From Pseudobacteriovorax sp. (lineage in GTDB: Bacteria > Bdellovibrionota_B > Oligoflexia > Oligoflexales > Oligoflexaceae), in the NCBI GenBank assembly GCA_050293845.1, contig JBNKNM010000002.1:1-64000 (forward strand): a stretch of 64,000 nucleotides of DNA. The letters are read 5' to 3'. Each line of letters begins with the position of its first letter. The stretch's first letter is position 1. Positions 28,573 through 39,166 of this stretch are shown here, piece after piece. The position numbers were made by a program, and so were the translations under genes. The notes below the pieces were generated by a model that did no database searches, was not told the origin of the DNA, and saw nothing but the letters and a program-made list of their open reading frames with translations.

Positions 28573-29342
28573 TTTAATGGACGATAGTTTTTAGTTACAG
28601 TGAGAACTTCAACTTCGCCATTGCTACGAATGGCAAGTGTATGTTCAAATTGCGCACTTAGAGAGCCATCAATAGTAACTGCAGTCCAGCCATCTTTCTT
28701 AACCTTGGTTTTCCAGTGTCCTTGATTGATCATGGGCTCGATGGTAAATACCATACCTTTCTCCAACATTTTTCCACTATCCTTTTTGCCATAGTGAGGG
28801 ATTTGAGGGTCTTCATGGAACTTTTTCCCAATGCCATGACCAACGAACTCTTTGACAACAGAATAATTGAATTTTTGAGCGTGGTCTTGGATTGCGGCTC
28901 CGATATCGCCCACCCGTCCTCCGACGCGGACCTGAGCTATACCAAGGTCGAGGCATTCTTTGGTGACGCGGACCAATTTTTCGGCTTCAGGCCGGGGACG
29001 ACCGACATGAAATGTGCGTGAACTATCGCCATGGTAACCATCCATAATAGGTGTTACATCAATATTGACGATATCACCGTCTCGCAATTTCACCTTGGAG
29101 CTGGGAATACCGTGACAGACAATATCATTGATACTGGTGCAGATAGATTTTGGAAATCCCCGATAATTTAACGGTGCGCATATGGCACCATGTTTTTTAG
29201 TAAATTCGTGACAAATGTCGTTAAGTTCTAGAGTTGTGACGCCAGGTCTAACGTATTCTTCGATCATGTCTAAGGTTTTTGCTGCAAGGCCGCAAGCCGA
29301 CTTCATGGCATCAATTTCGCTGTCGGTTTTTAAATCAATCAA
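28569..29342 (-). CDS. map: Methionine aminopeptidase type I
   Basis: CTSIN..VCHGIP, DVT, DSSRT, GHGIG..FHE, FTIEPMIN, FEHT. Confidence 0.97.
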   Translation of the reverse strand: MIDLKTDSEIDAMKSACGLAAKTLDMIEEYVRPGVTTLELNDICHEFTKKHGAICAPLNYRGFPKSICTSINDIVCHGIPSSKVKLRDGDIVNIDVTPIMDGYHGDSSRTFHVGRPRPEAEKLVRVTKECLDLGIAQVRVGGRVGDIGAAIQDHAQKFNYSVVKEFVGHGIGKKFHEDPQIPHYGKKDSGKMLEKGMVFTIEPMINQGHWKTKVKKDGWTAVTIDGSLSAQFEHTLAIRSNGEVEVLTVTKNYRPLN

Positions 29343-29440
29343 ACCAGTTTCCTTTTTACAAGTGCTGTATTTATATATAGTATCCTAACCATTGCGCCAA
29401 AATAATTAGCATTCCTTGTTAGTTAAGATAAGTATCAAAG

Positions 29441-30562
29441 GTGATCTTTATGGTTGGCTCCAAAAAAGCAAGCGACATTATTATTATTGGTGCAGGAGCA
29501 ACCGGACTTTCCACTTACTATCATCTGAAACAGCTAGGTTACAATATCAAAATCATTGCAAGTGAGTCAAAAAACACTACAACTGATAAGGCATCCCATT
29601 GGATAGCTTCTGGTCAAAACGACTTAATAACCCGGCTCTACCATGCCCATGGTAGGAAGTCGGGAGGCCTGGTCTGGGGGTTTGGCGATGCCGCATTTGA
29701 TTATTTTACCCAATTCTGTGAGCAAGAACGTATCCCCCTAGTCTATGGTGATCGGATCTATCTATCCAGCTCACCCATGGAGCAGGAGGAGCTTGTCCAG
29801 GTTGGCGATATCTTGCAGGATACCCCTAAGGCTCTCCAAAACATCAGCCTATCATCCTTAAGCGGCAGCAAACAAAGCCAAGCGGCAGGTTTTTTTAATT
29901 ATCAGCGCTTTCATGAGGTCTTGGGGACGGAGCAGCTGGAAATTGATACCATCAAAGCTGTCAAAGAACATGCAGGCGGGATCACTCTGGAGGGGTCAAA
30001 AGGTAGCTACTCTAGCGAACTTGTTGTTTTATGTAATCACGTTAATATAAATAATTTTAGTATATTGCCATCTGAAGCCCTGGTGCCCTTTGCCGACCAG
30101 TGGTCAGCGGTCACACTTAAAAAAGATCATGCTCTTGAGGTGCCTAATGGTTCACTGATAACTTGGAATTTCGGTTATTTCTGGGTTAGCCTTCGCGGTC
30201 CGCAACTAGCTCATTTAGGAGGAGCTAGGTTTATGCGTCCCCTAGCAGGAATTGGCGCTGAGGAGGCGAGAGTCTTGCAACCAGTAACACAGCGCTATAT
30301 TAGTGAGGCGGAAAAGCAGTTGGGTATCGAAGTAAAGGAGGTGATTCAGGAATCTGCAGCCTTGGGGTGTCGTGCCTGTGATGAGCTGCCGGTCTTGGGT
30401 CCGAGCCCCAGCAACCATCGGATTTTATTAGCAACGGGCTTTATGGGGCAGGGCATTTGCCAAGGGCTCTATGCAGGATACTGTTTGGCAAGTTTGATCG
30501 AAAATGGTAGTTCAACTTTGATACCAAGGAAGTTATGGCCAGAAAGATTACGCCACCTGTGA
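29441..30562 (+). CDS. FAD-dependent oxidoreductase (DAO/glycine oxidase family)
   Basis: GAGATGLS dinucleotide motif; D.LP.LG and ATGF.G.G C-terminal motifs. Confidence 0.85.
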   Translation: MIFMVGSKKASDIIIIGAGATGLSTYYHLKQLGYNIKIIASESKNTTTDKASHWIASGQNDLITRLYHAHGRKSGGLVWGFGDAAFDYFTQFCEQERIPLVYGDRIYLSSSPMEQEELVQVGDILQDTPKALQNISLSSLSGSKQSQAAGFFNYQRFHEVLGTEQLEIDTIKAVKEHAGGITLEGSKGSYSSELVVLCNHVNINNFSILPSEALVPFADQWSAVTLKKDHALEVPNGSLITWNFGYFWVSLRGPQLAHLGGARFMRPLAGIGAEEARVLQPVTQRYISEAEKQLGIEVKEVIQESAALGCRACDELPVLGPSPSNHRILLATGFMGQGICQGLYAGYCLASLIENGSSTLIPRKLWPERLRHL

Positions 30563-30574
30563 AGGAGACCGCCG

Positions 30575-30754
30575 ATGATCGTAAAGTGCCCTGAATGTGG
30601 GAAGTCTACCATTTATTCGTCAGAAAATGAGTTCAGACCTTTCTGTAGCCAAAGATGTCAAACTATTGATATTGCGTCTTGGGCCGATGAAAAATATACC
30701 ATTCCCGTATGGGAAGAGTCTCCTGGCGATAATGGTTCATCTGGTGATGACTAA
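30575..30754 (+). CDS. yacG: DNA gyrase inhibitor YacG (59 aa; absent from ORF track)
   Basis: MIVKCPECGK...FRPFCSQRCQTIDIASWADEKYTIP; AAGGAG RBS. Confidence 0.93.
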   Translation: MIVKCPECGKSTIYSSENEFRPFCSQRCQTIDIASWADEKYTIPVWEESPGDNGSSGDD

Positions 30755-30758
30755 GGCT

Positions 30759-31655
30759 CTATAGGGATATTAAAAAGGGTCCATCCTGATCAAGTCCTAC
30801 AAGAAAATGAGGAGCTGTGAAGAATTTACTAATCTGGCTAGAGGGAAGTTTAAAGCGCAGGGCTTTCACCGACTGTGTTTCGGGGCGATAAATTTCCAGC
30901 ACCCCATTGCTAAACAGATATTCATGAGCAGTTTTTGTAATGGAGAAGTCGACAATTTCCGCCTGAGATTTTTCCGGGATAATCTGTATGAGGGAGCCAG
31001 ATGCTGAAAACACGAACAGGCGCGATCCGCATTGGTACCATGCTTTATCACTCCAAATTTTTAGATTTTCTTTTTTGCTACAATCCATTAACTTTTTCTG
31101 CGTTTTAAACTTAAAGCCGGTTAAATAAAGGCCCTTATGGTACCACCATAATCGGGATGGCGATAATTTAATGGCGGAAAAGTTGAAATCTTCAGCTTTC
31201 AGAACTTTAAACTCTTTAGCCTGCTTTTCGGCTATGGCAATAGCGTGGGAGCCCCCGACTACCATAGTCGTTTCTGTTGCTGCGATATACCTGAGGGGAG
31301 CGATTTGGGATAAATCAAAAACGGTTGGTTTTAAAGTCTTTTCGTTGATTGTTAGCAGTGAGTTGTTTGTGTAGGTCCACAAGGTGCCAGCAAAATTCAC
31401 AAGCTGACGATGATGGGGACCTATACCAATCTTCAATCTAAAGATACGTTGCTGTAACGGCTGCCATTGCCATAAATAATTCTTCCCGATGAAAAACACC
31501 ATCTTCTTGTTTGAAGATAGGTATAAATCTGAAAAGGGACGGTCGCTTTTAATCAGACTTTGCTGTGAATACAGAGGGCGCATCGGACGCCCCAGCACGG
31601 GAATGCAAAACGATAATGTTAGCAAGGCTGCAATAAAAAGATGAATGGCATACAC
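30759..31655 (-). CDS. Hypothetical exported beta-rich protein
   Basis: Signal-like N-terminus; abuts the holA stop. Confidence 0.7.
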   Translation of the reverse strand: MYAIHLFIAALLTLSFCIPVLGRPMRPLYSQQSLIKSDRPFSDLYLSSNKKMVFFIGKNYLWQWQPLQQRIFRLKIGIGPHHRQLVNFAGTLWTYTNNSLLTINEKTLKPTVFDLSQIAPLRYIAATETTMVVGGSHAIAIAEKQAKEFKVLKAEDFNFSAIKLSPSRLWWYHKGLYLTGFKFKTQKKLMDCSKKENLKIWSDKAWYQCGSRLFVFSASGSLIQIIPEKSQAEIVDFSITKTAHEYLFSNGVLEIYRPETQSVKALRFKLPSSQISKFFTAPHFLVGLDQDGPFLISL

Positions 31656-32654
31656 CTATGCAGTTAGGGTCAATAGAATACGGCTTAGGACAAGGTCATG
31701 GTCGATTTTGCTTGTTTTCAACATTATATCAGCTTCGTTGCATTCCAATAAAGCGGTTTTAAATTTTTGATGCGATGACTTTTTCACATAATCTACGTAT
31801 GATCTAAGAATAAACATAGGCATACGGACTACTTTTATGATGTCATTGACACCTTGATGTCTCATTAACAAAGAGTGAATTTGGAGGGATTTGCGACAGT
31901 GATGGCTCAGTATTCCTAGTAATGCCAAGGGACTCTGTCCCCGCTTTAGCAAGTCATGAAGCAATGCTTGGGCATGGCCCAACTCTTTCTGCATGATAAA
32001 CTGATCGAGTTTGAAAGCGTTCTCTTCTTTTAGATAGTCAGTATATGGGGCGATTTGATCAGCTGTAATTGTGGCTCCTTGAGCCTCAGAAAAAATAAGA
32101 CTGAGCTTACGAATTTCATTTTCTAAGGAGAAAAAGTCATTGCCGATGGAACTAGATAAAAACTCGGATGCAGAATCGGATAAGTTGAGCTGAAAGCGCT
32201 TCGCCAGAGCCACAATAAATCGCTTAAGCTCATAGGCGTTAGGCCCATAACAAGGGATCATAGTGCCACCTAAGCGATCCATTTCCTTTTGCAGTGCTTT
32301 GGGAACAGTTTTGTAGTTGCTGTGCAAAAGGATCGTATTACGTATAGCTGTGCTTGCCTTTAGTATGGCGAGATTTTTGCTAAAGTCGCCTTTTTTCTCT
32401 ACATTTTTTATAATGTAGAGGAGGGAAGGATCAAAAATAGAATCCTGGAAAAACATCTCATCAAGCTCTTTTGAACCAACCTTTTCAGCGGGTAGCCTCA
32501 TGCAGCTACCTTGGTATTCTTTAATGAATTTCTCTTCGGTTTTTACTTTCAGGTAATCACAGGGGCCAAAACAGAGTGCAAACTTAGACTTTTGCTTCAG
32601 GGCATAGGACATCGACTCTTTGTAATGACCATAGGTTTGACTTGATTTTTTCAA
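31656..32654 (-). CDS. holA: DNA polymerase III subunit delta
   Basis: SIF, L......GND...LENEIRKL.L, AF.L, D..LKTS pattern; length. Confidence 0.88.
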   Translation of the reverse strand: MKKSSQTYGHYKESMSYALKQKSKFALCFGPCDYLKVKTEEKFIKEYQGSCMRLPAEKVGSKELDEMFFQDSIFDPSLLYIIKNVEKKGDFSKNLAILKASTAIRNTILLHSNYKTVPKALQKEMDRLGGTMIPCYGPNAYELKRFIVALAKRFQLNLSDSASEFLSSSIGNDFFSLENEIRKLSLIFSEAQGATITADQIAPYTDYLKEENAFKLDQFIMQKELGHAQALLHDLLKRGQSPLALLGILSHHCRKSLQIHSLLMRHQGVNDIIKVVRMPMFILRSYVDYVKKSSHQKFKTALLECNEADIMLKTSKIDHDLVLSRILLTLTA

Positions 32655-32657
32655 CGG

Positions 32658-34226
32658 CTATTTCCTTTTTGCCAAAACCGTGGGTGCGAGGCTAATATCA
32701 ATGTTCCAGGCTTTGATCACGTTCTTTAGTTCTTTTTTAAGAGCTTGAATCTCTGCATCAATGGAATCTCCTGAGTGGAAAAAGAGCTTCATAATGAGGG
32801 AGCCCTTTTGTAACTCCAGTTCAATTTTTTTAACTTTATTGAGTCGACTACGGTTAATACAGCGTGATATGCGAATACAGGCTGCTAGAAAATTGATGAG
32901 GTTCACCCGACTGCGCAAATAGGGGTAGTCATCCTGCTTTGTGGTATCAGCAATCTTCTTACGAGAAAAGCGATTAATCAAAGCGATAATGTTCCGTTCC
33001 TCGCGAGTAAAACCTAACAAGTTTGAATTGGCTAACAAATAATAACTATGCTTATGGTAGGAGGTAAAGGAGATAAATTTACCGGTTTCATTCAAAAAAG
33101 CAGCTGATTCTAAAAGGTTGCGATAGTCTGCCACATCGCGTGGCAATTTAGAGACCGGCAAAACTTTCAGGCACTGATCAAACAGCAGCATCGTCATGGC
33201 TTGGACCGATTCGGCGAATCTTCGATCGATACTGGTTTTTTTGGCAAAGCTGTTAATACTACGCCATTGCTGATTTTCCGCATAAGAATCGAGATCAAAA
33301 TGGAGACGGCTGCAGGTATCCAAAACAATGCCCTCACGGATACCGAAGGTAGAAACGGTCCAGTCTGACACTCGGAACAATTCACTGATGCTTTGGAAAA
33401 TAAGTGTACCCGCTAAAACGATTTGCGATCGACGAGAGTCCAGCTCATAGTATTCTTTGATCGCTTTAGGTGTCCTGAGGCTCACAAGTTTATCGGTAAT
33501 AAGGGGTAAATCCTTGCTGGGAAACTGATAGCCATTCGGTTCCTCTAGAATTTCACCACTGGTTTCCAAGTGGTGCAGGCGACCGATGGCTTTTGCTGTA
33601 CCCGAAGTGGCGAAAGCCCGCTGGATGGCAAAGTTTTTGGCATCGATGAGCAAAGGGGCCGTTCTGGTTAGAATATAGTCTTGCAGCTGATCTATAGTCT
33701 TGTCAGTAGGGCTATCCATATTAAAAAACCGCTTGGTAGCTGTGAGAGCCCCTAGCTTTATGGAACACATGAAGAGTATCTGCTCTTTTTTGCCAATAAT
33801 CACCTCAGTAGAACCACCGCCGATATCCAAGCCCAGGGTGACATCGGACTTAACTTCATGGCAATATCGCATACCTAGATAGGTAAGTCGCGCTTCCTCC
33901 AGGCCATCAATGATTTCAACCCTAAGTCCTGTGCCTTTGTATATTTTTTCAATAATCTCAGCATAGTTCTTCGTCGCACGAGTGGCCTGTGTAGCAATAA
34001 CACGATATACGGGCTGATGAGGGTCGGCAATATCCCGCATGAGATTGATAGCATCCACAGCCTGGTTGATTTTTGATTGTGGCATAATCCGGTCATCATT
34101 GAGCGCCTCGCCAAAGCGTACAGATTCCTTGTGGGTATCGAGTATATCTATGTGGCCACTGCTATCGATGCGGGCAACCAATAGATGAAATGAGTTGGTA
34201 CCAATATCGATGGCAGCAACATTCAT
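32658..34226 (-). CDS. ppx: Exopolyphosphatase Ppx/GppA
   Basis: AAIDIGTNSFHL, EEARL, DIGGGSTE, GIREG, YHKHSYY; start reassigned to MNVAAID. Confidence 0.93.
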   Translation of the reverse strand: MNVAAIDIGTNSFHLLVARIDSSGHIDILDTHKESVRFGEALNDDRIMPQSKINQAVDAINLMRDIADPHQPVYRVIATQATRATKNYAEIIEKIYKGTGLRVEIIDGLEEARLTYLGMRYCHEVKSDVTLGLDIGGGSTEVIIGKKEQILFMCSIKLGALTATKRFFNMDSPTDKTIDQLQDYILTRTAPLLIDAKNFAIQRAFATSGTAKAIGRLHHLETSGEILEEPNGYQFPSKDLPLITDKLVSLRTPKAIKEYYELDSRRSQIVLAGTLIFQSISELFRVSDWTVSTFGIREGIVLDTCSRLHFDLDSYAENQQWRSINSFAKKTSIDRRFAESVQAMTMLLFDQCLKVLPVSKLPRDVADYRNLLESAAFLNETGKFISFTSYHKHSYYLLANSNLLGFTREERNIIALINRFSRKKIADTTKQDDYPYLRSRVNLINFLAACIRISRCINRSRLNKVKKIELELQKGSLIMKLFFHSGDSIDAEIQALKKELKNVIKAWNIDISLAPTVLAKRK

Positions 34227-34261
34227 ACTTTTTTTAGTATTTAGTGGGGTTGTATCGTTAG

Positions 34262-36487
34262 CTATTTTTTTGTACCTTTCACGTTCAGAACAGATTTTGA
34301 CTCCCACTTTGCAATTGGCCGTCCCCTCTCCTTAGGATTATGCCAAATCGCTTTTTCGTAGGGTAGGGACTTAATTCCCTGTTCACGGGCTATCTCAATG
34401 AGACGCTGCTGAGCGCTTAGTCGCTTTTGATGGGGCTCGGATTCAATGGGCTTATATGACCCATCAGGAAGTAGGACGCGAGCCTTGGTATTATCCTGCC
34501 AATATGTGGACAAAATTTCATTAAGAATCCGATCTTTAATCTTCTCATCTTTTATGGGGAAAAGAATTTCGATGCGACGGTCCATGTTGCGTGGCATTAG
34601 GTCTGCGGAGCTAAGGTAAGCCTTGGCATCACCGTCATTATGAAAGTAGTAGATACGGCTGTGTTCCAAAAAGCGATCGACCAAGGAGCGTACTTCGATA
34701 TTCTCACTCAAGCCTTGAATACTTGGTTTGAGGCAGCAAATGCCGCGTACCATCAGTTGTATTTTGACCCCAGCTGAAGAAGCTTCATATAGTTTATCGA
34801 TGATGGGCTTATCGACAAGAGCATTAAACTTACCGATAAATAACCCAACTTTCCCATCTTGGACATGCTCTATTTCCTGATCGAGCAGCTTGAGGATTTG
34901 ATCTCGCAGCTCCAGGGGAGCAGCATAGATTACCCTGAATTTTGGTTGATAGGGTTCACGATAGACCTGTTCGGCTGTAAAAACATTGAAGCCGGTCAGT
35001 AGGTTGAACAAGTCAGTCATATCTTGACCAAAGTCAGAGTCCGCTGTGATGAGTCCAATGTCGGTATAAAGTTTAGCCGTTGAGCTATTGTAGTTTCCTG
35101 TGGAGAGATGACAGTAACGGCCAATTGAATTGTTTTCTTGTCGTACTACAAGAGTGGCTTTGCAATGGGTTTTCAGGCCTATGAAGCCATAAACTACATT
35201 GACACCGGAGCGCTCCAGGCGTCGCGCCCAGATAATATTGTTCTTTTCATCAAATCGGGCCTTGAGCTCTACAACAGCTGTTACTTGCTTACCACTTTCT
35301 GTTGCTTCGATGAGAGCATCGATAATGGGGGAATCACCTGAGGTGCGGTAAAGGGTTTGCTTAATGGCCAGTACCTTTGGATCTCTGGCAGCCATCCGGA
35401 TAAACTCGATCACTGTATAAAAGCTTTCGAAAGGATGATGGAGCAGGATATCTGATTCGCGAATGAGCGAGAAAATATTGGTGTTTTTACGAAATTGGGA
35501 GGGGATACGGGGGTTAAATGGTTCAAACTTAAGCGTATCGAGGGGAAGTTTGCATAGGGCTGTTAAGTCCATTAAACATAAAGGACCGGGGGCATGATAT
35601 ACGTCATTTTTATCAATATCGATACTGCGTAGCAAGAAGCTCAATAACTCTTCCGGTAGGTTATGGGAAATCTCCAATCTGACGGCCTCGGCTTGATCCC
35701 GGGCTTTTACTTGGTTTTGCACAGATTGCAGAAGGTCCACAACGTCATTTTCCAGAAGAGTAATATCCAAGTCACGTGTCACTCTAACATGACGAATATC
35801 CTTGATCTCAAAGCCTGTAAATAAGGACTCTATGTGCTGGGCTATAATGTCCTCTAATAAAATGAACCTAGAGTCGGCAATATTGACAATCCTATTGAGT
35901 ACATGGGGAATTTCCACAAAGGCGATGGCTGGGTTGTCCTGGAAGCTGGCTTTCCCTGTTCTAAACTCAACTAATAGATATTGTCTGAGGTTCGTTAAAA
36001 ATGGAAAAGGATGAGCGGGATCAACAGCCAAAGGTGTTAAAACAGGGTGGATGGAGGAATAAAAGTAGGCTTCCAGCTGACTTTGTTCTGCTTTCGAAAG
36101 GTCCGAATAGGACTGGATGTGGACATTAAAAGATTTAAGCTCAGCCAATATGCTATAATAAGTCTCGTAAATTTCGTGGAGCAATAGGCTTGCGCTGTGC
36201 TTTATTCTGGCGAGAATTTCTTGATAAGGGGTTGAGTCGGGACTGTCACTGGTAGATATATGCTCTTTTGCCGCTCTTTTTTTGCCAGCAACCCTTACCA
36301 TGAAAAATTCGTCTAGATTGTTGTAAGCTATCGCGATAAATTTCATTTTCTCAAGAAGAGGTGTATCAGGTGATTGGGCCTCCTTGAGAACGCGATTGTT
36401 AAAGTTAAGCCAACTGAGTTCGCGATTGAAATATTGATTGGTCTTGTGGGAGATCAGAGTGACATCTGAGTTCATGGGCTTTTCCAT
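34262..36487 (-). CDS. ppk1: Polyphosphate kinase 1
   Basis: NRELSWL.FN.RVL, NLDEFFMVRVAG, ELKARFDE, KTHCK, RFLEHSR. Confidence 0.98.
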   Translation of the reverse strand: MEKPMNSDVTLISHKTNQYFNRELSWLNFNNRVLKEAQSPDTPLLEKMKFIAIAYNNLDEFFMVRVAGKKRAAKEHISTSDSPDSTPYQEILARIKHSASLLLHEIYETYYSILAELKSFNVHIQSYSDLSKAEQSQLEAYFYSSIHPVLTPLAVDPAHPFPFLTNLRQYLLVEFRTGKASFQDNPAIAFVEIPHVLNRIVNIADSRFILLEDIIAQHIESLFTGFEIKDIRHVRVTRDLDITLLENDVVDLLQSVQNQVKARDQAEAVRLEISHNLPEELLSFLLRSIDIDKNDVYHAPGPLCLMDLTALCKLPLDTLKFEPFNPRIPSQFRKNTNIFSLIRESDILLHHPFESFYTVIEFIRMAARDPKVLAIKQTLYRTSGDSPIIDALIEATESGKQVTAVVELKARFDEKNNIIWARRLERSGVNVVYGFIGLKTHCKATLVVRQENNSIGRYCHLSTGNYNSSTAKLYTDIGLITADSDFGQDMTDLFNLLTGFNVFTAEQVYREPYQPKFRVIYAAPLELRDQILKLLDQEIEHVQDGKVGLFIGKFNALVDKPIIDKLYEASSAGVKIQLMVRGICCLKPSIQGLSENIEVRSLVDRFLEHSRIYYFHNDGDAKAYLSSADLMPRNMDRRIEILFPIKDEKIKDRILNEILSTYWQDNTKARVLLPDGSYKPIESEPHQKRLSAQQRLIEIAREQGIKSLPYEKAIWHNPKERGRPIAKWESKSVLNVKGTKK

Positions 36488-36569
36488 TCGCAGTGTAAAT
36501 TAATATTATCGTCTAGGGTATGTAACCGCCCGCACATGTTCTGCCCTTGTGTTCCTATAAGGAGTTATT

Positions 36570-37952
36570 ATGAAACCGGCACTAAGAACCTGCAAATTGT
36601 TCATCATTCTATCTATCATTATCGGCTGCGATCAAGGGAAGGATGAAGTTTTAACGTCTAATTCGACTCTCATTACAGGAACAGACCTCGAAAAGGAATA
36701 CGACTTTGATCCTCAAGTGGCTAAAACCAATGACTTAGCCCTGAGTGCCTTCATTTCCCGACGGGTCCCTAGTGGTGCCACAGATAGTGTTTCAAAAGTC
36801 TACCTTTTCAATACCCAGTCTGTGCTATCACAGTTTACCGCGGACATTCCCCAATTTTCAACTGCAAGAGAACTCAATTTTGCCCTCAGCCCTAATGGGT
36901 TGCTGATGGCCATTTTTGCAAGAACCCCACAGGATACGGGGGAAGATGTGTCATCCTTGTCAATTATCTCCTTAGATAAAGAAAATATCACTCAAGTTAG
37001 CGGAGTAGAATCAGATGCTTGGATTGATAGCCTGGCTTTTGCTCCCGACTCGGGTGCGCTTGTCTATACTAAATGGGCAGATGCTAGCCCCAATAGCTAC
37101 TATTTACCCGTAAACAGTGAAACTGGCGCTATTGGTGAAGAGTTTAAGCTAGAAAAGAAGCAGAACATCGAAGTCAGCAGCACAGAAGGGGTAGACTATG
37201 TCAAGGTCGCAGAGAAGGGTATTTATAGTGATGTAATCAGTCTACATAAGGAAAGTGGAACAAAACTAGTTCCAGTAGAGGGTACCTTAGATTTAGCACA
37301 CTCTTCTCTGCCTTCCAGACTGGGTCCCCAAGGGTTTCTTTATTTCAGTCCCTTAGCCGAAGCTACAACAAAAGACCGCCTCGGTAACTTTCAACAAAGT
37401 GAAGAAAGCTCAGGACGGGGTAAAGTATTCATTGAGCAAAAGCTAATGGTAGGAAGCCTCGGCGATCTGAGAAATGAAATTGCAGGTAGTTTGGGTTTCG
37501 AGGATGAGGGGTTTTATTCTCCTCTTCGACCAGTTAAACCTCATGATTTGGCAGCTATTGAGGATTATACCCTGGTTGCAGGTGGGGATTACTATGTCTG
37601 TGAAAAGGGTGTCCTTTATGGAACCACTTTGACCCTTATAAATCATAGCACAAAGGCTTTATTGACTTTTATGATTGGAACCGATGATCAACGCGTTCCC
37701 ACAGGCCCCAATTTAGACCCTTGTAGTACGGTTGTGCCGGCAATTAATTCCTTGCAGCTATTCGAGCAGAGGATAGAAGCAGTCAGTTTAAAGAGGGCTG
37801 CTAATGGGGAGTTCATGATAGCGTTTGAGTCTTGGGACCGCGATGACCCAGAAATCTATCAATTTCAATTCTCTGCCGACTTTACTAGCACAGAACAAGC
37901 TAAGACAAGTTTCACCTTAAAGTCCTTTCATGCGGTTTCTAACAATTCCTAA
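36570..37952 (+). CDS. Hypothetical lipoprotein with TolB/WD40-like repeats
   Basis: Lipobox IIGC; ALSPNG and AFAPDS repeats; AAGGAG RBS. Confidence 0.75.
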   Translation: MKPALRTCKLFIILSIIIGCDQGKDEVLTSNSTLITGTDLEKEYDFDPQVAKTNDLALSAFISRRVPSGATDSVSKVYLFNTQSVLSQFTADIPQFSTARELNFALSPNGLLMAIFARTPQDTGEDVSSLSIISLDKENITQVSGVESDAWIDSLAFAPDSGALVYTKWADASPNSYYLPVNSETGAIGEEFKLEKKQNIEVSSTEGVDYVKVAEKGIYSDVISLHKESGTKLVPVEGTLDLAHSSLPSRLGPQGFLYFSPLAEATTKDRLGNFQQSEESSGRGKVFIEQKLMVGSLGDLRNEIAGSLGFEDEGFYSPLRPVKPHDLAAIEDYTLVAGGDYYVCEKGVLYGTTLTLINHSTKALLTFMIGTDDQRVPTGPNLDPCSTVVPAINSLQLFEQRIEAVSLKRAANGEFMIAFESWDRDDPEIYQFQFSADFTSTEQAKTSFTLKSFHAVSNNS

Positions 37953-38925
37953 AGAAGGATTGAATTTTTGCCAAAGCGTCAATACAGTCATTGCCGATTT
38001 GGCTCATTAATTCTTGCTGTGATGCAAACTTTTGTTCCATGCGTATTTTTTCAAGAAAGAACAGCTGTAGCTCTTTACCATAAAGTTCACTGCGGCTGTC
38101 AAATTCCAGTAGATGGGCCTCTATTACAGTATTCCCATCGGTATTGAAAGTAGGACGCGTTCCCACATTAATAACGCAAGAAATCAAGTCCTGATCCAAA
38201 AAATCCCTAGCATGGGCTCTTGGTTCTAGGACACAAAGTCCTGCATAGACACCTCGGGCTGGAAGGATTTGATCATGATTGACAATATTTGCCGTGGGAA
38301 ATCCTATGGTTCTTCCTTTTTTACGGCCGTGGGCCACTTTACCAGCTACAAAATAGGGACGTCCTAAATACGCTGCTGCTAGCTGCATATTACCGTCTAT
38401 AATGGAATTGCGGATAGAGGTGCTGCTGATCCTCTGCCCTTGTAGTTTCTCCGCTTTCAAGGTGTGGAGCTGCATACTATTTTGCTCACAAAGCTCAGTT
38501 AACAGATCGATGTTACCCAGGCGTCCCTTGCCGAAACGAAAATTATCGCCGAGGACAAGATGCTTTACATGGAGTTTTTCCATGAGAATATCAGTAAAGA
38601 AGCTTTTATAATCCAAAGAGGCAAAGTCCTGATTAAAATCCTGTATGATGGCAAAATTAAGATGCCCCATTCTGAATGCTGCAATTTTATCCTGAGATCT
38701 GAAAATTCTTGAGTTTTCTTGGTAGCGACTGAAAAAAACTTTTGGGCTTGGCTCAAAGGTTAAGGCACCGGCAGCACATGATTGCTGTTTGGATATACCG
38801 ACAACTTTTTTGAGGAGAGCCTGATGTCCAAGGTGGCAACCATCAAAATCTCCTATGGTCAAAGCAGTTTCACGCTGTATTGACGTGTCAATAGATGCTG
38901 AATGGATGCTGTTAAATAATTTCAA
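37939..38925 (-). CDS. ribF: Bifunctional riboflavin kinase / FAD synthetase
   Basis: IGDFDGCHLGH, ISSTSIR, GRTIGFPTAN, GVYA, NVGTRPTF, IEAH. Confidence 0.96.
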   Translation of the reverse strand: MKLFNSIHSASIDTSIQRETALTIGDFDGCHLGHQALLKKVVGISKQQSCAAGALTFEPSPKVFFSRYQENSRIFRSQDKIAAFRMGHLNFAIIQDFNQDFASLDYKSFFTDILMEKLHVKHLVLGDNFRFGKGRLGNIDLLTELCEQNSMQLHTLKAEKLQGQRISSTSIRNSIIDGNMQLAAAYLGRPYFVAGKVAHGRKKGRTIGFPTANIVNHDQILPARGVYAGLCVLEPRAHARDFLDQDLISCVINVGTRPTFNTDGNTVIEAHLLEFDSRSELYGKELQLFFLEKIRMEQKFASQQELMSQIGNDCIDALAKIQSFFRNC

Positions 38926-39166
38926 GTAATATTCCCCGATAGAGTTATCATTCTATTTTAGCTATTCTAGCCTTTATTTAGAGTAAGTTTTACTAGACTA
39001 TCAAGTAGCTAGGACAAAAGATGATATTTTGTAGCACCTGATTATCGCGTAAGCAATGGCACATACAGGGTTCTGTAAAATGACTTCCTAGTGATCGGAC
39101 TTCATTAGCAGCGCAAGTGATAAAAGTTTGATAGACTGATAACAAGTAGTTCTTTATAGGGAGCCC

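Noticed and set aside
38926..39166. FMN riboswitch upstream of ribF
   Set aside because: No RFN consensus elements seen on the minus strand
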